Source: an uncultured Gammaproteobacteria bacterium
Lineage (GTDB): Bacteria > Pseudomonadota > Gammaproteobacteria > QNFN01
Assembly (NCBI GenBank): GCA_964195335.1
Contig: CAXMPC010000068.1
Coordinates: 1 to 59,907 of the forward strand
Direction of reading: 5' to 3'
DNA: 59,907 nt
Shown in pieces: positions 50,589-58,984 of the stretch (within the stretch, counting starts at the first letter, position 1; each line of letters starts with the position of its first letter). The notes below the pieces were generated by a model. The model saw nothing but the letters and a program-made list of their open reading frames with translations. It did not search any database and was not told where the DNA came from. Position numbers and translations under genes: made by a program.

Positions 50589-50798
50589 TCATCGGGCGAG
50601 GCACTCCTGGTCAAACTGGCGCTGCAGTTCGCTGCGTCGCACCGGCTGATTCGCCGCTTCACCCATCTGCCTGCTGAGGTCTGAGCAGTGGGCACTCAGC
50701 CTCGCCTGGGACTCCTCTGTCCTGCCCTCGGGTAGCGTGCAGCCACCCAGCCATGTCGCCAGCAGTAAAATCAACAGTAGGTCTCGCTTCACTTTCAT
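50589..50798 (-). CDS. Small lipoprotein
   Basis: ATG 50798 with GGGAG upstream. MKVKRDLLLILLLATWLGGC lipobox. 69 aa with two further Cys. Confidence 0.6.
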   Translation of the reverse strand: MKVKRDLLLILLLATWLGGCTLPEGRTEESQARLSAHCSDLSRQMGEAANQPVRRSELQRQFDQECLAR

Positions 50799-50880
50799 CT
50801 CCCGGCTGTAACGTCCCGCCGACGGCGGTGACCTAACCCAAAGATTAGCGCTTCGCCATGGTGACGGGTACAGACGGGTA

Positions 50881-52206
50881 TCAGTCGCTCTCCAGCGGAG
50901 CGGCAAGTCGTTGCGAAACGCGGCGATAGAGCAGGCTGGCCGCCCAGAGGTTTCGCGCCAGCAACAGGAACGAAACGCCAAGCACCAGGGCAAACGGGTA
51001 GATCAGCGGATCGGGCCAGAGCACGGCCAACGGCAACAGGACCACCGCACCGGCGTGGGCGCGGAACTGGCGCCGGCTGACGGCATCCGGCAGCACCTGT
51101 TTCATGTGCGGGATCTTGAAACCGGTGCCCATCCGGCCGCTGTGCAGCAGGCCGTTCTGCAGGTGGAACCAGACCAGGAACGGCACGATCTTGTAGAGCA
51201 TGCCGTTGATCACCGACAGCGCGAAACCGACGACCAGGCCGGCGCCGAGCAGCAGTACCGTGCGCGGGTCATTGATCCACTCCGGGGCCGCGCGTGTGAC
51301 GACCCAGAACAGCAGGGTCACCAGCAGGCAGCCCATGCCCAACCGCCAGAAACTGAAGGTGACATCCGGCAGCCGCCGCTTGCGCTGCCGTTGCAGGTCG
51401 AGCGTGACCAGGGCGAACGCAGCATTGCCGAGCACCAGCACGACCGCAGCCAGGACGCCGGCCTGGGCCGCCGCCGGCCACGCCAGCGCCAACGTCCACA
51501 GGACGAGGGCCGCGAACACCAGTCGGTTGAGGTGACGTGTCAGCCATTCGGGGTATTCCGGTGTCATCTGGAACATCGGCACCACCTGGAAGGCGACCCC
51601 GCTCACCAGGATGCCGATCCAGCCGAGCAGGGCCCAACCGGCGTGCAGGTCGGTCACGACGCCACGCTGCAGGGTGACACCGCTCCAGCCGTGACCGGCG
51701 AGCAGCCAGAAGCCGAGACTCGCCGCCACTGCCAGTGCCATTATCGCCAGGGTCATGCCGCGAACGGCGGCGTGGCGGCGTGGAGCACGCGCCAGACTGT
51801 GGGCCGCCGCCGCGACCAGCGCCGCGACCGCGCCGGCGAGCAGCAGCGCGGCCGCCTGCAGCAGGCTCGGGGCCGGCAGGGTGAAACCGAGCGCCAGCGT
51901 GGCCGTACCGGCAACCAGCAGCGTGTGCACCACCGTCGCGACGATCACCGGACGCGCCACAGGGGCACCGGCGACCACCGGCAGCATCTGCAACATGGCG
52001 CCAAACATCACCATCGTCAGTACACCGAGGGTGAACAGATGGGTCAGGGCGAGCATGCCCGGCGTCCAGCGCGACTGCAGCAGGTCGGGCCCGGACCAGA
52101 GGAGCAGCGCCACCGCGGCAATTCCGAACAGTGGCGCGGTCATGAAAAAACGGAACGGGGCATTGACCGGCGGCGCCTGTTCCAGCGCCAGGCCCGGGTA
52201 ACTCAC
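50881..52206 (-). CDS. Polytopic membrane protein, NnrS-like by context and weak motif resemblance
   Basis: 441 aa and about 12 TM helices. GTG start 1 nt after the DUF2249 stop. PFRFFMTAPLFG and LTHLF..G...MFG loosely recall NnrS GFRPFFL and H.HE..FG. Confidence 0.45.
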   Translation of the reverse strand: MSYPGLALEQAPPVNAPFRFFMTAPLFGIAAVALLLWSGPDLLQSRWTPGMLALTHLFTLGVLTMVMFGAMLQMLPVVAGAPVARPVIVATVVHTLLVAGTATLALGFTLPAPSLLQAAALLLAGAVAALVAAAAHSLARAPRRHAAVRGMTLAIMALAVAASLGFWLLAGHGWSGVTLQRGVVTDLHAGWALLGWIGILVSGVAFQVVPMFQMTPEYPEWLTRHLNRLVFAALVLWTLALAWPAAAQAGVLAAVVLVLGNAAFALVTLDLQRQRKRRLPDVTFSFWRLGMGCLLVTLLFWVVTRAAPEWINDPRTVLLLGAGLVVGFALSVINGMLYKIVPFLVWFHLQNGLLHSGRMGTGFKIPHMKQVLPDAVSRRQFRAHAGAVVLLPLAVLWPDPLIYPFALVLGVSFLLLARNLWAASLLYRRVSQRLAAPLESD

Positions 52207-52207
52207 C

Positions 52208-52468
52208 TCAGGCGTCCGCGGCAGCGGCCGTGGCGACCGGGTCGTCGCGACGCCAGATCAGCACCTCGTAGGGTGTCGTCGCACCGGTCTGGCAGCGCCA
52301 GGCGCATCCGAGTTGCTCGAGCATCGGGTAGAGCGGAAACGGTTCGCGCTGGTGGAGCACGCGCAGGTACTCTCCCGGGGCCAGCTCGCTGGCGGCCTCC
52401 AGCGTGCGCTCGAGCGGCTCGCAGGGCTCGAGCCCGGAGACATCGAGGCGCCGCTCACGTGCGGACAT
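52208..52468 (-). CDS. DUF2249 domain protein
   Basis: 86 aa. RLDVSGLEPCEPLERTLEAASELAPGEYLRVLHQREPFPLYPMLEQLG fits the DUF2249 pattern. Confidence 0.65.
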   Translation of the reverse strand: MSARERRLDVSGLEPCEPLERTLEAASELAPGEYLRVLHQREPFPLYPMLEQLGCAWRCQTGATTPYEVLIWRRDDPVATAAAADA

Positions 52469-52471
52469 CAG

Positions 52472-52909
52472 TCAGGCCGCGGCCCCGAGCTGCCGGGCAA
52501 AGGCGGTGGCGCCTTCACCAAGAGCCTGGTCGGTCATCGGGTAGACGATCTCCTCCTCCTTGAGGTTGTGCTGTTGCATCAGGATGTTCAGGGTCTCGGC
52601 AACACCGAGCGCCTCGTCGCCATCCCGTGCGGTAATGGCCGCACGCAACTCCTCGAACAGGCCACGCATCTGATCGTGCTCCATGCGCATGATCCGGGTC
52701 GGACCCATGGCCATGCCCGTCAGGCGCTCGAACTCCGGAAACACCTGTGTCTCCTCCAGTTCGAAATGGTGGGTCATGCCTTCGAGGTACGTCTCCAGGC
52801 CGGCCGTAGCCGTATCCCAGTCGCCCTCACCGGCCGCCGCCTCGAGCGCGGCGAACAGGTCGTCGCAGCGGCGGTGGTCATGGGACATGTAGGTTGTCAC
52901 ATCACTCAT
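52472..52909 (-). CDS. Hemerythrin domain protein
   Basis: ATG 52909 (MSDVTTYMSHDHRRCDDLF). His/Glu-rich four-helix pattern (HHFELEE, MEHDQM, QQHNLKEEE). Confidence 0.8.
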   Translation of the reverse strand: MSDVTTYMSHDHRRCDDLFAALEAAAGEGDWDTATAGLETYLEGMTHHFELEETQVFPEFERLTGMAMGPTRIMRMEHDQMRGLFEELRAAITARDGDEALGVAETLNILMQQHNLKEEEIVYPMTDQALGEGATAFARQLGAAA

Positions 52910-52967
52910 CTCTAAACTCTCCGTATCGTGTCGACTGGCACTATCCCCCGGCACGCTGGCATCGGCA

Positions 52968-52981
52968 TTGATGAACATCAA
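52968..52981. promoter_or_regulatory. Perfect FNR/Dnr-type box TTGAT-N4-ATCAA
   Basis: TTGATGAACATCAA. On the minus strand it is followed by exactly 22 nt, then GATAGT (52945-52940). This places the box at about -41.5 of a promoter reading into the hemerythrin gene. Confidence 0.75.
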
Positions 52982-53012
52982 GAGCCGCTTGCCGCTCCGG
53001 CGGACGAGCGCT

Positions 53013-53708
53013 ATGGTGCCCGGCAACATGACCCACGACGACCTCACCACCACCCTGGGCAAAATCCCGCTGTTCGCGAGTCTCGACGACGACGAACTGG
53101 GGGTGATCTCGCACGCGACCCATCACCATCGCCTGCTCCGTGGTGAAATGCTGTTCCAGAAAGGCGACCCGGCGCTCGGCTTCTACTACCTCGTCGAGGG
53201 GCAGGTGAAGCTGGCCCTGCTGGCGCCCGACGGCCAGGAGAAGGTGATCCAGCTGATCGAGCCCGGCATGACCTTCGGTGAAGCGGTGATGTTCATCGAA
53301 CGCCCGTTTCCCGCCTACGCCGAAGCGCTGCGCGCCAGCCAGTTGCTGTTCATTCCGCGCACGCCGCTGATCGAGGCGCTCAACGGCAACCCGGGCTTCG
53401 CCCTCAAGCTTCTCGCCGGGCTCAGCACCAGGCTGCACGGCATGGTGAACGAAATCGAGGCGCTGTCGACCCGCAACGCGACCCAACGGGTCATCGGTTT
53501 CCTGGTCGCCGACCGCGGCCACGACGACCCGGACACCCTGGCCCTGCCAGCAAGCAAGGCCCTGATCGCCTCGCAACTGAACCTGACACCCGAGACCTTC
53601 TCGCGTGTCCTGCACGACCTGCAGCAACGGCAGCTGATCGAGGTCGACGGGCGGACCATCCGCCTGCTCGACCGCGACACCCTACTCGGCCAGGAAGAGC
53701 CGGGCTGA
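53013..53708 (+). CDS. Crp/Fnr family regulator, Dnr/NnrR-like (no N-terminal Cys cluster)
   Basis: ATG 53013 (alternative 53028). cNMP-binding fold and an HTH with the E--SR recognition motif (TPETFSRVL). No FNR-type cysteines. Confidence 0.85.
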   Translation: MVPGNMTHDDLTTTLGKIPLFASLDDDELGVISHATHHHRLLRGEMLFQKGDPALGFYYLVEGQVKLALLAPDGQEKVIQLIEPGMTFGEAVMFIERPFPAYAEALRASQLLFIPRTPLIEALNGNPGFALKLLAGLSTRLHGMVNEIEALSTRNATQRVIGFLVADRGHDDPDTLALPASKALIASQLNLTPETFSRVLHDLQQRQLIEVDGRTIRLLDRDTLLGQEEPG

Positions 53709-53753
53709 GCAGACGGCACCGGTGGCCGGGTTTCCCGGCGGCACTCCTGCTAC

Positions 53754-55055
53754 TTACTTGAGCAGCTGGGTGGCCTTCTCTACATCGGCAAGGTTGAGAG
53801 TCCCCACGGCCTGTTTCAGTGAGACGTTGCTGAGAACGTAGGCATGGCGCGCGACATCGTAGTCGCGCTTGGCCTGGAACAGGTCACGCTGGGCATCGAG
53901 CACGTCGACAATGGTGCGCGTGCCGACCTCGAAGCCGGCCTGGGTGGCGTCGAGGGCACTCTGGTTCGAGACCACGGTCTGTTGCAGGGCCGAAACGGCG
54001 GAGATCGACGCAATCACCGTGCGGAAGGCATCCCGTGTCTGTTGCCCGACGAAACGCCGCTGCTGCTCGTAGAGTTCGTTGGCCTCGACCAGTCGCGACT
54101 CGGCCTCGCGGGTGCGAGATGAAACCAGCCCGCCGGTGTAGATCGGCAGGTTCAGTTCCAGGCCGATGGCACCTGTCTCCAGGTCACTGTTGAAGGTACT
54201 CTTGGTGTTGTTGTCGCCATAGCGAGCAAACAGGTCGACCGTCGGGTAGTGGTCTGAACGGCGGACCTCGATTTCGTCACTGGCCACGTTGACGCCGAAC
54301 TGTGCCGCGAGCAAGGTCAGGTTGCCCTCGTAGGCCTGGGCGACCCATCTTTCCATGTCATCGGGTTCAGGGCGGACCAGCGGTACCTCTTCGTCGAGTT
54401 CGGCAAGTTCGCCGACGGACTGGCCGGTGATGACGCGCAGCGATTCGCGCGCGCTGTCGAGCTCGTTCTGGGTCACGATCTCCTCGGTGACAACCCGATC
54501 GAAACGCGCCTGTGCTTCATGGACGTCAGTGATCGCTATCAGTCCCACTTCAAAGCGCTGCTTGGTCTGATCGAGCTGTCGTGCCGTGGCCTCCTTGTCA
54601 GCGCGCACGGCTTGTAGATCGACCACCGAGTTGAGGACGTTGAAGTAGAGCCGCGAGGCACGCACGATCAGGTTCTGCTCCTCGAACGTGTAGCTGACCT
54701 CCGCCTGCTTGGCCCGGTTCGATGCCTGGCCCTGGCGCAGCCACGCCGCACGGTCAAACACCGGCTGCAGCAGGCTTAGGGAGTAACTGTTGCCGTTGAA
54801 GCTATCCGATGGAAAGTTTTCCGGATTCGAGTAGTTCCTTGCCACATCGGCGCCGAGAAAAATATTTGGCAGGTACTCGGATCGCGCCTGCGGGATCACC
54901 TCACGTACGGCCTCGAGCTCGGCCGCAGCCGCGCGCAGCTGGCGATCCTCAACCTGGGCCAGGCGGTAGACGTCGAGCAGGTTCTCGGCGACAGCGGACG
55001 ACGTGCCAGCCAGCAGGGCCAGGAGCACGGCAACGGGTGCAGTGTGACGGATCAT
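53754..55055 (-). CDS. tolC: TolC family outer membrane channel
   Basis: 433 aa with a signal peptide and two tandem OEP repeats (LLDVYRLA...; typical TolC heptads). Confidence 0.9.
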   Translation of the reverse strand: MIRHTAPVAVLLALLAGTSSAVAENLLDVYRLAQVEDRQLRAAAAELEAVREVIPQARSEYLPNIFLGADVARNYSNPENFPSDSFNGNSYSLSLLQPVFDRAAWLRQGQASNRAKQAEVSYTFEEQNLIVRASRLYFNVLNSVVDLQAVRADKEATARQLDQTKQRFEVGLIAITDVHEAQARFDRVVTEEIVTQNELDSARESLRVITGQSVGELAELDEEVPLVRPEPDDMERWVAQAYEGNLTLLAAQFGVNVASDEIEVRRSDHYPTVDLFARYGDNNTKSTFNSDLETGAIGLELNLPIYTGGLVSSRTREAESRLVEANELYEQQRRFVGQQTRDAFRTVIASISAVSALQQTVVSNQSALDATQAGFEVGTRTIVDVLDAQRDLFQAKRDYDVARHAYVLSNVSLKQAVGTLNLADVEKATQLLK

Positions 55056-55283
55056 GACGCAACGGTTCCCTTGTTTGGTCAGGAGGGGCGTGACCGCCCG
55101 GTCCTATTGTGACCCATCTTCGCCACGATGCCAGTCTGACGGGCAGTTGATGCGCGTCCAAGATCAATTGATCTGGATCAGGTTCCGCGCGCTTCCTTGC
55201 CACACCAGTTGACGGCCAGGGGGGCGACTGGTTGAATAACCTACCAGTTAAGTTGGTTTTTGTCCGCTACCGGAGTCTGCACC

Positions 55284-55736
55284 ATGCGACTTTCGACCAA
55301 GGGGCGCTACGCCGTCACCGCCATGTTCGACCTGGCCCTGCACGAGCAGGACGGGCCGGTCCCACTTACCGAGATCTCCACCTGCCAGACGATCTCGCTC
55401 TCCTACCTCGAGCAGCTCTTTGCCAAGCTACGCAAGCATGAGCTGGTGGTCGGCGTCCGCGGCGTCGGCGGCGGCTACCGCCTCGCCCGACCCGCGACCG
55501 AGATCTCCATCGCCGACATCCTGCGAGCCGTCGACGAGAAGGTTGATGTCTCCCGCGCCGCGCAAAAAGGCGACCCGGCCCAGGCTCTGTGGATCGAATT
55601 CAGCGAGCAGCTCTACTCCTATCTCGACCACCGCACCCTGGCCGACTGCATCAGCAGCCCATACGCCCTGCGCATCTCCGCCCGCCAGGACGGCGAACAC
55701 GCTCGCGGCATCCCCACCCGTCAGAACGCCGCCTGA
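55284..55736 (+). CDS. Rrf2 family regulator, IscR-like but lacking the cluster-ligand cysteines
   Basis: ATG 55284 with GGAG 8 nt upstream. MRLSTKGRYAVTAMFDLAL...ISLSYLEQLFAKLRK winged HTH. The ligand loop reads VDVSRAAQKGDPAQALW, with no Cys. Confidence 0.85.
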   Translation: MRLSTKGRYAVTAMFDLALHEQDGPVPLTEISTCQTISLSYLEQLFAKLRKHELVVGVRGVGGGYRLARPATEISIADILRAVDEKVDVSRAAQKGDPAQALWIEFSEQLYSYLDHRTLADCISSPYALRISARQDGEHARGIPTRQNAA

Positions 55737-55752
55737 TACGCCAAACCTCGCG

Positions 55753-55784
55753 ATCACCACGTCGCCAAGCGGCGACGAGGTGAT
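55753..55784 (+). terminator. Candidate terminator hairpin after the Rrf2 gene
   Basis: 14-bp stem with one mismatch (ATCACCACGTCGCC / GGCGACGAGGTGAT) and an AAGC loop, followed by TCTCATCT (a weak U tract). Confidence 0.4.
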
Positions 55785-55896
55785 TCTCATCTCCTGACCG
55801 CGGCATCTCCACGACGCAACGACCGGTTCGCCATCGGGGGATAGCGTCGTGATTGAAGCCGGATCGTGCCAGACGTGGATGGGTGACGTGTACAGC

Positions 55897-56199
55897 TCAG
55901 ACGCAGCCGGTCGGTTTCGGCAGGCCGCCGTACTTGGTGATCGGCTTCATCGGTCCGGTCATCCACAGGTCGAACAGGGCCCGGGTGTCTACACCGAGGT
56001 ACCTGGCAAACTTGCGCACCGGCGGGACCGAGGCATTACCGTCGTAGTATTCGCGCGCCTTCAGTACCTGTTCCCAGCGGTCGCCATCGAGCTCGATGCC
56101 ATCGCCCTCGGCCATGGCGTGGGCCACGACCTCGCTCCAGTCGTTCATATCCTCGAGGTAACCGTCGCCGTCGCGTGCCGGCAGTTGGATGGCGGTCAT
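55897..56199 (-). CDS. tusE: TusE/DsrC family sulfur relay protein (single-Cys, TusE type)
   Basis: ATG 56199 with AGGAG upstream. C-terminus GGLPKPTGCV. Thr occupies the position of the second DsrC cysteine. Confidence 0.85.
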   Translation of the reverse strand: MTAIQLPARDGDGYLEDMNDWSEVVAHAMAEGDGIELDGDRWEQVLKAREYYDGNASVPPVRKFARYLGVDTRALFDLWMTGPMKPITKYGGLPKPTGCV

Positions 56200-56366
56200 A
56201 TGGGTGGCTCCTGTTCTCATGGTTGCACTGGTCAATGGCGCCACAGTAGATAATATCAGACTATTTTAGTCAACTATCCACGATGGGGGAGGCTGGGTCC
56301 ACCACCCGGGTGGCTTGTGGTATACAGGCCGCTGCCCCGCACCCGGTTTTATCAAGGAGTAAGCAA

Positions 56367-56777
56367 ATGAGGCTCGGCGCCCAGCTCATCTTGATCGCCG
56401 CCCTGTTCACACTGCTGCTCGGCGGCTGTAGCGGGCTCGAGGAGAATCGGCGCAACTCCAACTTCGGACTGCAGCTCCTCTCCTACGAGAATGCGGTGCG
56501 TTGGGGCGACTACAAGCGTGCCGCCAACTACCTCAAGCCGGGCTTACTCATGGAACCGATCGACTTCGATTCCTACGACGGCATCGAGATTGCCGACTGG
56601 AAGGTGCGTAATACCATCAACAGCGAAGACGGGAACCAGACCACGCTGGAATTGCGCATCCATTACATTCGCAAGGGCGAGGCGCAGGTACGCAAGATCG
56701 ACCGGGTGCAAACCTGGGAGTACGACAAGGAAAGCAAGCGCTGGTGGCTGATTACGCCGTTTCCGAAATTCGATTAA
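56367..56777 (+). CDS. Lipoprotein of unknown function
   Basis: ATG 56367 with AAGGAG upstream. MRLGAQLILIAALFTLLLGGC lipobox. 136 aa. Confidence 0.6.
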   Translation: MRLGAQLILIAALFTLLLGGCSGLEENRRNSNFGLQLLSYENAVRWGDYKRAANYLKPGLLMEPIDFDSYDGIEIADWKVRNTINSEDGNQTTLELRIHYIRKGEAQVRKIDRVQTWEYDKESKRWWLITPFPKFD

Positions 56778-56799
56778 CTACGCACTGACTGCAACCGGG

Positions 56800-57336
56800 T
56801 CATTTCCAGACCTCCGGCACGACCTCCACACTTGAGTCGCCGTCAGCGAGCCAGGCCATACCACCGTCGATGGTGCAATCGAGCCGCATACTGCGCTGGG
56901 CCAGTCCGGTCAGGGCCGCCGACACCTCGGCCGGGATGTTGACCACCTTCAGATTGGCGCGACGACCGAGTGCCTCAGCGTTCCGGGCCCACCACAATTC
57001 GGCAGCGCGCCCGCCGTAGGTAACCACCACGACCTGTCCGGCCCGTCCGCACGCCTGGCGCAGCCTACGCTCGTCGGGCAGCCCGGTTTCGATCCAGAGC
57101 GCGAGACTGCCGTCGGGCTCGTGCCGCCACAGGTCGGGCTCATCGTCACTGGACAGGCCGCGAGTGAATGCCAGATCCGGGTCGGCATGAAGCGCGAACG
57201 CCAGCAACCGCACCATCATCCGCTCGTCGGTCTCCGACGGATGGCGAGCGAGCGTCAGCGCATGGGCGGCGTAGTAGTGACGGTCAAGATCGCTGACCTG
57301 GAGCTCGGCCTTGAAGATGGTCGCCTTGAGGGCCAT
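56800..57336 (-). CDS. yaeQ: YaeQ family protein
   Basis: 178 aa. MALKATIFKAELQVSDLDRHYY...LTLARHPSETDERMMVRLLAFAL is the characteristic YaeQ N-terminus. Confidence 0.85.
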   Translation of the reverse strand: MALKATIFKAELQVSDLDRHYYAAHALTLARHPSETDERMMVRLLAFALHADPDLAFTRGLSSDDEPDLWRHEPDGSLALWIETGLPDERRLRQACGRAGQVVVVTYGGRAAELWWARNAEALGRRANLKVVNIPAEVSAALTGLAQRSMRLDCTIDGGMAWLADGDSSVEVVPEVWK

Positions 57337-57344
57337 GTGAGCGG

Positions 57345-57593
57345 TCAGTAAGACGCGATGGCGCGCAGGGCGATGTAAGGCACGATATTGAAAAAGAAGA
57401 TCGCCAGCTTGAAGGCCAGCATGCCGCCGTAATGGATGGCGTCGAAGGTCGACTCCTCAAGCCTGAACCAGCGGCGATGCATGCGCAGGACCCAATCACG
57501 AGCAAAGGCCAGAAAGCCGAACCACCAGAGCAGAATGGCGAAATTTATCAGCGTGCACCAGCCGAGGAATGCACGGATCAGTTCAGGCTCCAT
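57345..57593 (-). CDS. Small membrane protein (DUF6868-like)
   Basis: 82 aa with AGGAG 8 nt upstream and 2-3 hydrophobic helices. The family name is from memory only. Confidence 0.5.
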   Translation of the reverse strand: MEPELIRAFLGWCTLINFAILLWWFGFLAFARDWVLRMHRRWFRLEESTFDAIHYGGMLAFKLAIFFFNIVPYIALRAIASY

Positions 57594-57671
57594 GGGCCAT
57601 CTCCTTGTCAGGCGGGACGCGACAGCGGCCCGCCATAGACGACGGTCGCAAAGGATTGCGGGCCAGGGTGC

Positions 57672-58319
57672 TCACGCCGGGCATGGCTGGCCATCGAGCA
57701 GGTCGTCGACCTTGTACTTCGGGGTGCATGCCAGTCGCTGCATGACCGGAAACGAGACCGGGGCAAGGCCGTAGCGACGATCGATCTCCTCGAGCATGCC
57801 GAGCCAGAGGCGGGCCGTCATCTCAGCATCGGCCAGGGCGCGGTGAAAGACACCGTCGTTAGGGATGCCGCGCCAGCGCACCAGGCTGCCCAGTTTGTGG
57901 TTCGGGGCATCCTGGTAGACCCGCCTCGCTACCAGCATCGAGCAGGCGAATTCACCAGCATAGTCACGCTGGATGCGCGACAGCTCGGCATCGAGAAAAC
58001 GCCGGTCGAAGGAGGCGTTGTGAGCCACGAGGTTGTGCCCGCCGATGAAATCGGCGAACTCCCCCATCACCTCCTCGCAACCCGGGGCATCACGCAACAT
58101 GGCGTTGCTGATGCCGGTGTAGGACTCGATGAACGGGCTGATTCGGAGCCCGGGATTCATCAGCCGCTGGAAGCGCTCGGTGATGCGTCCCTGTTCGACC
58201 ACCACGGCACCGATCTCGATCGCGCGGTCTCCCTGGTTCGGCGACAGACCGCTGGTCTCGAAGTCGAGTACGACGACCGTGTCGGCCGCCGGGTTTGGCG
58301 TAGCCTGCGCAACCGTCAT
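57672..58319 (-). CDS. DEDDh 3'-5' exonuclease (DNA polymerase III epsilon-like)
   Basis: 215 aa with Exo [11 protein letters not shown], Exo [11 protein letters not shown] and Exo III H..LADAE. The start overlaps the upstream stop (TGATG). Confidence 0.85.
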   Translation of the reverse strand: MTVAQATPNPAADTVVVLDFETSGLSPNQGDRAIEIGAVVVEQGRITERFQRLMNPGLRISPFIESYTGISNAMLRDAPGCEEVMGEFADFIGGHNLVAHNASFDRRFLDAELSRIQRDYAGEFACSMLVARRVYQDAPNHKLGSLVRWRGIPNDGVFHRALADAEMTARLWLGMLEEIDRRYGLAPVSFPVMQRLACTPKYKVDDLLDGQPCPA

Positions 58320-58984
58320 CAGACCAGCCCCTCGCCCGTGACGAAATAGGAGATCGCGTCGGCGATCAGCGCCAGCCCGATCAGCAGCAGCAGTAACGGC
58401 ATCATCACCTTGCTGATCCGCTCGAGAACACCGTTGATCCGATCGAGGATCGGACGGCTACGTTCGCCAAGCACGGCGACCAGCACCGGTACCACAACGA
58501 ATGGCAGCGCGTAGAGAATGTTGTAGGCGACCAGCGTCAGCACCGCCCCGGCGGTGGCGAGATCGGCCTTGAGCATCTGGTCGACGGCGGCGAAATACGG
58601 CAGCGCGAACGGGATGCCGACGAAGTTGACCACCGCACCGAACCCGAACGCCTTGGCCGGAGTCAGCTGGCCACTCACTTCGGGTTCACGCTTCTGCTGG
58701 GGCCGGGTCGACCGCCAGCCGACCCAGAGCAGCAGCAGGCCGACCACCAGGCTGATGACAAAATCGATGGCATGCGGATTCGCCAGCCGGTCGGACACCT
58801 TGTCGATGCCCAGTGCGACGACGAATCCGGCGGCAAGGTAGGCGGCCGTGTGGCCGAGCAGCAGCATGCTGCTGGTTAGCACCGGACGCCCAGCCCCGGC
58901 GGCGTAGACCATGAACGCGAACAACACCGGGTTGACCACGTCGGCCAACAGGATCGGCGTCAGGGTGGTCCACAATTCGATCAT
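58319..58984 (-). CDS. GAP family (Sap-like) membrane protein
   Basis: 221 aa with six hydrophobic helices and a central charged loop. The family assignment is tentative. Confidence 0.5.
   Translation of the reverse strand: MIELWTTLTPILLADVVNPVLFAFMVYAAGAGRPVLTSSMLLLGHTAAYLAAGFVVALGIDKVSDRLANPHAIDFVISLVVGLLLLWVGWRSTRPQQKREPEVSGQLTPAKAFGFGAVVNFVGIPFALPYFAAVDQMLKADLATAGAVLTLVAYNILYALPFVVVPVLVAVLGERSRPILDRINGVLERISKVMMPLLLLLIGLALIADAISYFVTGEGLV

Noticed and set aside
50911-52563. 550-aa plus-strand ORF
   Set aside because: It is antisense to the NnrS-like, DUF2249 and hemerythrin genes. Its product is extremely rich in Arg, Gln, Gly and His.
45500-53750. Horizontally acquired genomic island carrying dsrA and the FNR-box cluster
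   Set aside because: There is no integrase, transposase, flanking tRNA or direct repeats. Base composition does not visibly differ from the surrounding core genes. Only the decayed ORF hints at rearrangement.
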